Positions 56,629 through 64,000 of a stretch of DNA of 64,000 nucleotides are shown here, one piece after another. The first letter of the stretch is position 1; the number at the start of each line of letters is the position of its first letter. The stretch lies in IMG/VR virus record IMGVR_UViG_3300033121_001564, positions 1 to 64,000 of that record. The stretch is one strand, 5' to 3'. The notes under the pieces are model-generated. The model made no database searches, was not told the DNA's origin, and saw nothing but the letters and a program-made list of their open reading frames with translations. The translations under genes were made by a program, and so were the position numbers. Source of the stretch: a virus (taxonomy: Duplodnaviria > Caudoviricetes).

Positions 56629-57335
56629 CCGCCGACGAGGAAAAGGCCGCACTGCTGCGTGCCGTGTGTGAGAGTCCGGGGGATGACCTGCCCCGGTTGG
56701 CGTACGCGGATCACTGCGAGGAGGCGGGGGAGTCCGTCGTCTCGAACTACATTCGTGCGTCGATCGAGGTGCACCACTTTCCCGACGCGCCCGACTCCCT
56801 ATCGCGATACGAACACGCATGGGAGTCGCTGCGTGCGTCCATCGACGTCAGACTTACCGATCACGTTCCGCACTGGATCAACGACGCGACTCGCACGAAC
56901 GGGGTTGCCTGGGTTATGCGTCGCGGGTTTCTGGACACGATACTCTGTCCCCTCAGTTGGTTCTGGGGTCAGGGCGACGATCAGTTTTCGCGACTGTTTC
57001 GGACGTGCCCAGTCGTAGCGGTGAGAGTCCGCGACAAGGAGCCAGCCAGAAGGATGATCGCCACGACTCGCGGGGTTAGCGTCACCACCTTCCACCATTT
57101 CTGGAATGCGGAGGTGCCAGCGATAGTCCAGTTTTTCCAGGAGAGAGGGATAGGTCGCGAGGACTCGTCGCGTGCAAGATATATTCCTGAGGAACTCTTC
57201 CTCGATCCAGGCTGCGGGTTGAGTGACGGATCGGGGTCGCCGACCCTGTTCGACTCCAGAGAGGATGCCTTTGCCGGGCTCTCCCTCTGCCTCGTGAACC
57301 GTGGCCGCATGCTCGCCGGTCTGCCTCCGCTTTGA
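56625..57335 (+). CDS. TIGR02996-domain protein
   Basis: ALLRAVCESPGDDLPRLAYADHCEEAG...RRGFL. Confidence 0.88.
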   Translation: MTADEEKAALLRAVCESPGDDLPRLAYADHCEEAGESVVSNYIRASIEVHHFPDAPDSLSRYEHAWESLRASIDVRLTDHVPHWINDATRTNGVAWVMRRGFLDTILCPLSWFWGQGDDQFSRLFRTCPVVAVRVRDKEPARRMIATTRGVSVTTFHHFWNAEVPAIVQFFQERGIGREDSSRARYIPEELFLDPGCGLSDGSGSPTLFDSREDAFAGLSLCLVNRGRMLAGLPPL

Positions 57336-57381
57336 TCTCCCCCCTCCCCGCATGCGAAGATCCCCCGCTGGGGAGAGACGC

Positions 57382-59175
57382 ATGCATGCCCGAAACGGCC
57401 AACCTGTCCTGCTCGACCAGTACGGCAACCCCTACCGGAGGGACGGGAGTGCCCGCCCGGGGGGGATCGCCCTGCCGCACGGGCTGATGTTCGTCTCGAA
57501 GTACCAGGGGGGAGGGAACACCTATCTCCACCAGCTCTGGGACGAGGCGCTGAAGGCGGGCCGCGAGGAGGCCATCGCCATGCGCCGCGACCTGCACCTG
57601 CGCGGGCTGCTGCAGGAGCGCATGCTGGCGGTTGCCTCGCTCCCCTGGCACCTCGAGGTCCCCGACGAGAAGGACCCCTACCAGACGCGAGTCCGAGACG
57701 GCATGACCCGCCTGATGAAAGGCGTGCGGTCGTTCCGCCGGATGGTCTGGTGGTGGCTCGAGGCGATCTGGTACGGACGCTATGGCGTCCAGGTGGAATG
57801 GGAGTGGTGCGACTTCCACGACCACCCCAACGAGGCGCCAAAGGCCGAGACCAGCCTGCCGACCGGCCCCGCGTCGGCCGGGTCGTCCGCGGGCAAATTG
57901 CGGCGGGGCATCACGATCGCCCAGAGCTGGGGCATCAACGGCGACAAGATCGGGCACCAGTACGACCACACGCCCTATGTGCTGATGAACTCAGCCGATG
58001 TGAAGAACATCCCCGGTGCCGAGACGATCGTCACCTCCGTCGGCGGGCACGGGCTTTTACTCACGGGGGACTGGCTCGAGCGGATCCTGATCCACAAACA
58101 CTGGCAGGAGGACGCGGACTTCTTCGACTCTTCGTCCGCGGAGGCGATCCACGGCGTCGGGTTGCGGTCGATTGCCTACTGGTTCTACTGGCTGAAGATG
58201 CAGTGGCTGGGGGACGTGACCGACTTCTTCGACCGCGTGGGCTTGGGTGTGACCATCTGGAAGTACCCCCGGGGATCGGCGGAGGGGCTCGCGCAGGTCA
58301 AGGCCGCCGCGAACGCACAGAGCGAGCGGGCGCACATCTTCGTGCCCGTGGACCCCGACGATGTGAACAAGGCGGGCACGGGGATCGACCGCATGGAGGT
58401 CCCCACGAGTGGTGCGGATGCGCTGGTCCGACTGATCGAGTACGCGGACAAGATCATCGAGCGCTACTTCGTGGGCCAGGAAGCCAGTTCGTCGGGGAGC
58501 AGCTCGGGGCTCGGCAACGAGGCCAACGCCGCCTTCCAGATGGACACGAAGGCCAAGATCACGATGAGCGATGCCGCGCTGCTGGCGGAGACACTGACGG
58601 GCAGCGCGCGGGAGCCGGGGTTGCTCTCGATCGCCCAGAAGTATTCCTTCCCCGAGGCAGACTTCCCCGTCAGGTGGGTATTCGACGTCGAGCGCGCGGA
58701 GAGCGAGAAGAAGGTCCAGTCCGGCAAGACGATGGTGGAACTGGGCGTGGACATCAAGGCCGACGAGTTGCGCGCTGCTGCCGGGTTCAGCAAACCCGCG
58801 CAGGGCGACGAGCTGGTCAAGCCGCCGCAGCAACCAGGGGCGCCGGGCGCGCCGGGCGGGATGCCGGGAGCGCCGGGTGCCGACGGTGCGGATGTGGGAC
58901 AGGACCCGCTGGCGGCACTCATGGGTGGAGGCGCGGGTCCCGGTGCCGAGGATGCCGGGCAACCCGGGGAGGAGCAGGCTCAGCCCGGTGCGGAGGAAGG
59001 GGCACCCGGGGAATCTGCGGAGCCCGTGCAGGCGGGGAACTTCCTGGAGGCGCTGCGACACTCTCGGGATCGGCTGGCTCGTGCTGTTCGGCACCTGCGG
59101 CAGCGTGGGCGCAGCGACCTTGCCGCGCAACTGGTGGCCGCGCACGGCCGGAAAGTCGGGAGGAAGGCACCGTGA
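57382..59175 (+). CDS. Portal protein (DUF935/Mu gp29-like)
   Basis: VLLDQYGNP, LQERMLAVASLPW, EAIWYG, GVGL..IAYW.YWLK, LIEYADKII...VGQ. Confidence 0.85.
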   Translation: MHARNGQPVLLDQYGNPYRRDGSARPGGIALPHGLMFVSKYQGGGNTYLHQLWDEALKAGREEAIAMRRDLHLRGLLQERMLAVASLPWHLEVPDEKDPYQTRVRDGMTRLMKGVRSFRRMVWWWLEAIWYGRYGVQVEWEWCDFHDHPNEAPKAETSLPTGPASAGSSAGKLRRGITIAQSWGINGDKIGHQYDHTPYVLMNSADVKNIPGAETIVTSVGGHGLLLTGDWLERILIHKHWQEDADFFDSSSAEAIHGVGLRSIAYWFYWLKMQWLGDVTDFFDRVGLGVTIWKYPRGSAEGLAQVKAAANAQSERAHIFVPVDPDDVNKAGTGIDRMEVPTSGADALVRLIEYADKIIERYFVGQEASSSGSSSGLGNEANAAFQMDTKAKITMSDAALLAETLTGSAREPGLLSIAQKYSFPEADFPVRWVFDVERAESEKKVQSGKTMVELGVDIKADELRAAAGFSKPAQGDELVKPPQQPGAPGAPGGMPGAPGADGADVGQDPLAALMGGGAGPGAEDAGQPGEEQAQPGAEEGAPGESAEPVQAGNFLEALRHSRDRLARAVRHLRQRGRSDLAAQLVAAHGRKVGRKAP

Positions 59176-61976
59176 ACGATCACCTCGCCGACGCCGTCCT
59201 GGACATGATCCTGGGCGCCGACCACGACGACCAGGCACTGTCCGCTCTCGACGACTTCGAGGCGATGGTTCCCCTGACGCCCGCGCCGGCACCGGCACCC
59301 GTGGCTCCGCCGCCGGTCGCCTCCCCGCCGCATCTGGAGACCGTCGAGCGTTTCGCCCGACGACTCGAACGCACCTCCCGCCGGCTCGACCGTGCCCTCC
59401 GTTATGCCTGGGAGAACAAGGGTAACGCTGGCACCTCCAAGCGGGGATTGCCCCTCTACAAGTGGCACTGGGACGGCTCGGACGGCAAACGTCAGCGGGA
59501 CCGGATCCAGAGTGTCGAGCCCGGCAAGGGTCGGCAGCCCGCCGCAGAGGGGCAGAAGCCCGCACCAGCAAAGCCCGCGAAGCCCCCGAAGCAGACCATC
59601 GACGCGGTTCACGATGAGCTGTCCCAACTGAACCGCGAGGACGTCACCGAGGAGCACGTCGCCAGGCTCACGGCGGGGATGCTCACCCTGACGAAGCAGC
59701 AGTTGCACGAACTGCGTGGGCGCCTCGGGCTTCCCGAGCGTGGGACGAAGTCTCTGGCCAAGAGCCCGCTGGCGCAGCGGATCCTCGAGCATGTGCGGGG
59801 CGGGGGCAAACAGGAGCCAGCCGGGAAGCCCGAGGCGAAGCCGGCGACTGGGCGTACGCCGAAGGGCCCCGACGTGGACACTCTGGGCAAGATCGACCGT
59901 GTTCTGGAAGGATACGCCAAAGGCGAGGGCGACCCGGAGTATTTCGGGAAGTTGCTCGAACGGTTAGGCGTCGCCGATCTTCGCACGGTGGCGAAGAAGG
60001 TCGAGGCGCTGGCGTCGCGGACGAAGGAGGGTCTGCGGAAGGGGATCACGGAGAAGGTGGCGGCACTGGCGCCAGCGGGACAGGCGGAGGCAACCACTCC
60101 GGTAACCACCCCGGCAACCGAAACGGGGACGCCGACCAGTGGGGCAGGCACGCGACCCGCGACGGCGCAGGGCGGCACCCCCAGGACTTCCGGGAAACCC
60201 ACGACGCACTACGACGAGCAGTCTGCACTGTCTCGCATGTTTGCCGCCGAGCCCAGGCTCGAGCGGATGCCGACGACCCCCGTGACCATCATGGACATGA
60301 TGCACGGGCTGCCACCGCAGCAGAAGGAGAGCCTGTCGAAGGCGCTCTTCGACCTGGCGGATCGCGGAATCGTCGCCCTGCATCGGCAGGATAACCTCAA
60401 CCTCCTGCGCCCCGAAGAACGGGCGAACCTGCTCCACGACCCAGAGTCGGGGATGTACTTCACCGCCGTCGCCTTTCGCGACCCGGACTCGGCCCCGAAG
60501 CCCGATGCCAGGGCGGTGGCACGCGAAAAGGGGACGATCGTCGAAAGGCCCGCGCCGCCCGCGCCGCCAGCGCCGACGACGGCTGAAATGACCCCCAGGG
60601 AGCCGCCCGCACCGCCCAGGATGCTCCAGCGCAGCGAGGCTGCGGCGATCGAAAAGCAGTTCGGGATGGGGGCAAGGGATTCCGGGGTGGATCACGCGCT
60701 AGCGGCAAGGATCGGCTTCGTGGCCGACGCCGTCGCCGCAGGGAAGCAACCGGACGCCGGGCTCGTCAATCAGTTGCAGGCGTGGGTCAAGGGTGCCGAC
60801 ACCGACCCCTACGGCTACGGACAGTTTGGCTCGAAGGAAGCCTACGAGGCCGCGACGAGTCTCCTCCATACGGCAAGGAACCTGGCGCAATCGCAGCCAT
60901 CCCCAGGGGCCGGCGCATTGTCCGGAAGCGAAGCGACTGCGTCCGCAAGTCCTCCACCTACTCCAGCCCCCGCCGGCCGCAAGGGCACCATCTACGGTCT
61001 GCCCAACGCCGTCTACGACCAGCTCTACGAGCAACTCCAGAAGGGCGACCGTGCGGGCGCTGAGAATGCGCTGCGCGAGGCTGCATCACGGTACGGGATA
61101 CACGACGCCAACACCAAGCAGGTTGCACGGGCGTTGATGCAGCAACTGAAGGAGGAGCAGGCAGGCCCCGCGAAACCGACGGTTCCCGCCTCCACCCCGA
61201 AGTCCGCCCCATCCGTCTCCGGGCTGGCCACGGCCTTTCGCGACCTGGACAGCAAGGGATTCAACCAGGTCTCTCTGGACAAACTCGCCGAGAAGACTGG
61301 CTACACCCCGGAGCAACTCCACGGCGTGGTCCGGGACCTGATCAAGAAGGGTGTACTCTCCGGGCAGGGTCCGGAGGGACGCCACGGGCTCTCTGATCGC
61401 GAGCGGCGGGCGATGATCCCGTCCCAGGGACCGCACGATCCGGGTGTGCTGTACGTCAGCGTGCGGCCGGGGATGGAGCGGGAGTTCGAGAGGCTGACAG
61501 GTCAGGGGGCAGGTACTGTTGCGACCCCAACTCCAGTCACGCCAGCACCTTCGAGCCCGCAACGTAAGCCAACTGCGCAGCCCAGGAAGCCCGAGTCGCC
61601 CACAACTGGTGCCACGCCGCCCACATTCGGCATCCCGGATCTGGACAACGGGTTACGGTCCGCTCGCGGACCAGCAGAGGTGATCCCTCTGTTGTACCGC
61701 TCTGCTGGAACGATTGGTCTGGTCCAGAGCGCCACGGACCGGAAGACGTCGCGGGAGGTGCTCGAATACGTCGATCGGGTGTTGCCGACGTTGCGAGCGC
61801 CCGAGGTCGCTGCCGTGGGCAAGGCGATGGGGTTCCCGAAGGCCAATGCGGCATTCGTCCGCGAGGCGATCGAGGCCCGCATCGGAGGCACGATTCGATC
61901 ACGCATGACCGAGGGTGGCGCTGCCGAGAAGGCTGCCGCCCGCAGGGATCTCGAAAAGCTCGGATGGAAGGGGTAA
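59172..61976 (+). CDS. Large low-complexity head-associated/injected protein (~934 aa)
   Basis: GTG start overlapping the portal stop; Pro/Ala/Lys-rich linkers between small helical domains. Confidence 0.7.
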   Translation: MNDHLADAVLDMILGADHDDQALSALDDFEAMVPLTPAPAPAPVAPPPVASPPHLETVERFARRLERTSRRLDRALRYAWENKGNAGTSKRGLPLYKWHWDGSDGKRQRDRIQSVEPGKGRQPAAEGQKPAPAKPAKPPKQTIDAVHDELSQLNREDVTEEHVARLTAGMLTLTKQQLHELRGRLGLPERGTKSLAKSPLAQRILEHVRGGGKQEPAGKPEAKPATGRTPKGPDVDTLGKIDRVLEGYAKGEGDPEYFGKLLERLGVADLRTVAKKVEALASRTKEGLRKGITEKVAALAPAGQAEATTPVTTPATETGTPTSGAGTRPATAQGGTPRTSGKPTTHYDEQSALSRMFAAEPRLERMPTTPVTIMDMMHGLPPQQKESLSKALFDLADRGIVALHRQDNLNLLRPEERANLLHDPESGMYFTAVAFRDPDSAPKPDARAVAREKGTIVERPAPPAPPAPTTAEMTPREPPAPPRMLQRSEAAAIEKQFGMGARDSGVDHALAARIGFVADAVAAGKQPDAGLVNQLQAWVKGADTDPYGYGQFGSKEAYEAATSLLHTARNLAQSQPSPGAGALSGSEATASASPPPTPAPAGRKGTIYGLPNAVYDQLYEQLQKGDRAGAENALREAASRYGIHDANTKQVARALMQQLKEEQAGPAKPTVPASTPKSAPSVSGLATAFRDLDSKGFNQVSLDKLAEKTGYTPEQLHGVVRDLIKKGVLSGQGPEGRHGLSDRERRAMIPSQGPHDPGVLYVSVRPGMEREFERLTGQGAGTVATPTPVTPAPSSPQRKPTAQPRKPESPTTGATPPTFGIPDLDNGLRSARGPAEVIPLLYRSAGTIGLVQSATDRKTSREVLEYVDRVLPTLRAPEVAAVGKAMGFPKANAAFVREAIEARIGGTIRSRMTEGGAAEKAAARRDLEKLGWKG

Positions 61977-61978
61977 CG

Positions 61979-64000
61979 ATGCCTGCACATGCAACCGACA
62001 ACTTCGCCGCCGCCAAGCTCGAGGCGATGCTCGCCACGATCATGGACGCCGCCGGCGGCACCGACGAGGAACTGGACGCGGCACGGCACCAGGCCGTGTC
62101 GATCGCCAGGCTCCGCGAGGACGACCTGGCTGGCGAGCCCGACAGCGAGCCCGACAGCGGTCCCGCCGGGTCCGTCGTCCGGCACCTCCGCACCGGCTGG
62201 GCGGACAGGTACGAGGCGCCACGGGTGCCCGCCGGGCAGAAGGTTTCGGGACAATCCGGTGGGCAGTGGATCCAGGTCCAGGCGCTGGCGGAGTTCTATG
62301 CTGGGCTGTTCAACGACATGGTCGAGGCTGGGTCCCCGCCCGAGGAACAGCAGGTGGACGACGCCTGCGCCGACCTCGAGCCCTACGGCTGGACGCTGGA
62401 GGAAGAAGACGACGAGTGGTCCGCCGTGGAACTGGAGGGAGACGAGGACGACGAGGAGGTCGGTGACGAGACTGGCGAGGAAGGGAACTCCTGGCACTGG
62501 CACTACAAGCGGGTCAAGCGGGGCACGCCGGGCGCGATCGAGCGCACCGACAAGCGTGGGCGGTCGTACTGGGTGGACAAGCTGCCCGACCCGAAGGCGA
62601 CCAGCGAGGAGGCTCGCAAGCGGCGGGAGGATCGCGGCCCGGTCGATCGGGAGAAACTCCAGGAGCGGTTGAACGCCTACCGGGACAAGCACAAGGTGCT
62701 CCGCTCCAACGAGCGCGCGGCCCGTGCCTCGGTGGGGCTCCTGCACCGTCACCACGGCGAGCAGGCGCTGCACCGGGTAGAGGAGCTTGCCGACGCGGCG
62801 GAGCGGGCGTACAACGCCATCCCGGAGGGCAGGGCACACGAGGGGTTGCGAAACCGGTTGGGCAAGAAACTGGCGATCCTGCACCGGATGGCGGAGCTGG
62901 CGGGGACCAAGTTCGGCTCGATGCGGAAGGGGGCTGGCGATGGACTGGAAGGCAAGGGCAAACGCGGCAAAAGCGGACGGGTACTACCCGAACAACCCCT
63001 GGGAGAGGGCGCTCCGTCGGCACCTGACGGCGGAACAACCGGCGATGGTGCGGGAACTGGAGCAGACGAAGGACCTGGAAGCGTACCTGGCGGTGCGGGT
63101 CTGGGGGGCGATGGAACTGGCGGACCGGCTGGAGGAGCAGGGGACGCCGCCGGACGTGGCGAGGGCGCTGGCGATGGACGACCTGTACCGGACGGAGCCG
63201 CCGGCGCCGGAGCCCTGGGAGAAGGAGGAGGCGAGGGAAGCGGCGATGGGAGCGGCGGAGCAACTCCTCACGAGCGGTCTCTTGCGGAACCGCCGAGCGT
63301 AGAAAACCCGACGGATTGCGCCGCCGGGAACTGGCGGTATGACGACGCGGCCTTCGCCTTTGGCGGTGCGAAGACCAAGTTCAAGAACAACATCGAGGCG
63401 ATCAAGACGCTCCGGAACATCGAGGCGGAGGGGCGGACCGCCGCCACGCCCGAGGAGCAGGCCATCCTGTCGAAGTTCGTCGGCTGGGGGCAGTTCAAGA
63501 ATCTGTTCGAGTACCGCTACGGCGACGACTGGCAGAAGGAGCGAGAGCTGCTGCGGAGCGTACTGTCGGGAGACGAGTACGCGCAGGCGGAGAGCAGCAC
63601 CCGGTCGAAGCCTGGCAGTCAGGACTACGCTTCCGCGGCCGGGTCGATCCTCAACGCTCACTACACCCACCCCGACGTGGTCAAGGCGCACTGGGAAATG
63701 GCCCAGCGCCTGGGCTTCAAGGGTGGGCGGTTCCTGGAGACGTCGGCCGGAATCGGCTACTATCTGGGCATGATGCCTGCGGACGTCGCCGGGCACACCC
63801 GCGCCACCGCGGTGGAACTGGACAGCCTCACGGGCAAGATGCTCAAACTCCTCTACCCGTCGGCGAACGTCAACGTCACCGGGTTCGAGAAGTTCCAGGT
63901 GCCGGACAACTTCTACGACCTCGTGGCGTCCAATGTGCCGTTCGGCGACTACCGCGTACATGACTCGACGTCGGACGGCGCCAGGTACAACAAGCACAAG
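61979..64000 (+). CDS. DarB-like giant protein with N6-adenine methyltransferase domain (runs off the window)
   Basis: Open frame from ATG 61979; NIEAIKTL...ATPEEQAILSKFVGWG, NAHYT, FLETSAGIG, VELD, SNVPFG. Confidence 0.9.
   Translation, partial: MPAHATDNFAAAKLEAMLATIMDAAGGTDEELDAARHQAVSIARLREDDLAGEPDSEPDSGPAGSVVRHLRTGWADRYEAPRVPAGQKVSGQSGGQWIQVQALAEFYAGLFNDMVEAGSPPEEQQVDDACADLEPYGWTLEEEDDEWSAVELEGDEDDEEVGDETGEEGNSWHWHYKRVKRGTPGAIERTDKRGRSYWVDKLPDPKATSEEARKRREDRGPVDREKLQERLNAYRDKHKVLRSNERAARASVGLLHRHHGEQALHRVEELADAAERAYNAIPEGRAHEGLRNRLGKKLAILHRMAELAGTKFGSMRKGAGDGLEGKGKRGKSGRVLPEQPLGEGAPSAPDGGTTGDGAGTGADEGPGSVPGGAGLGGDGTGGPAGGAGDAAGRGEGAGDGRPVPDGAAGAGALGEGGGEGSGDGSGGATPHERSLAEPPSVENPTDCAAGNWRYDDAAFAFGGAKTKFKNNIEAIKTLRNIEAEGRTAATPEEQAILSKFVGWGQFKNLFEYRYGDDWQKERELLRSVLSGDEYAQAESSTRSKPGSQDYASAAGSILNAHYTHPDVVKAHWEMAQRLGFKGGRFLETSAGIGYYLGMMPADVAGHTRATAVELDSLTGKMLKLLYPSANVNVTGFEKFQVPDNFYDLVASNVPFGDYRVHDSTSDGARYNKHK
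62940..63302 (+). CDS. Nested +1-frame gene (TnpV-like small helical protein) inside the DarB-like ORF
   Basis: WERALRRHLTAEQPAMVRELEQTKDLEAYL; purine-rich RBS; the host frame here is Gly-rich linker. Confidence 0.65.
   Translation: MDWKARANAAKADGYYPNNPWERALRRHLTAEQPAMVRELEQTKDLEAYLAVRVWGAMELADRLEEQGTPPDVARALAMDDLYRTEPPAPEPWEKEEAREAAMGAAEQLLTSGLLRNRRA

Noticed and set aside
57750-59171. N-terminal 474 aa of the 1408-aa ORF
   Set aside because: Shadow frame over the portal gene; the real start is GTG 59172

Overview
This window is ~64 kb of a GC-rich temperate tailed phage or prophage. The host is most likely a Planctomycetota bacterium (Gemmataceae-like), inferred from TIGR02996-type and MTEAEWL-type proteins. 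Modules from left to right: minus-strand virion genes (0.1-6.9 kb); minus-strand small early genes (7.2-12.9 kb); a plus-strand tail module with a G/GT-type frameshift (13.1-17.7 kb); tyrosine integrase and an attP-like site; a ~1.55 kb host-like insert (kinase fragment, DNA methyltransferase, cysG fragment) between two antirepressor fragments; an RHH repressor/AlpA switch; early, recombination and replication genes (YqaJ, HNH-helicase, initiator with iterons, DnaB); TerS and intein-containing TerL; nucleotide-metabolism accessory genes; portal; and a giant DarB-like methyltransferase running off the right end. Main finding: a compact phage-encoded type V-like system at 27.4-29.8 kb. It has a structured tracrRNA-like region with a bipartite anti-repeat, an 8-repeat CRISPR array (37-bp repeats, mostly 36-40-bp spacers) and a ~498-aa Cas12f/TnpB-like protein that lacks RuvC-III and is probably nuclease-dead; no cas1/cas2 is present in the window. 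Second finding: a complete 292-nt ORF-less group I intron (6616-6907) splitting a virion gene, which the ORF track misses. There are also a gene nested inside darB, several tRNA-like elements and a candidate stand-alone ncRNA. All calls come from reading motifs by eye; no database searches were run.
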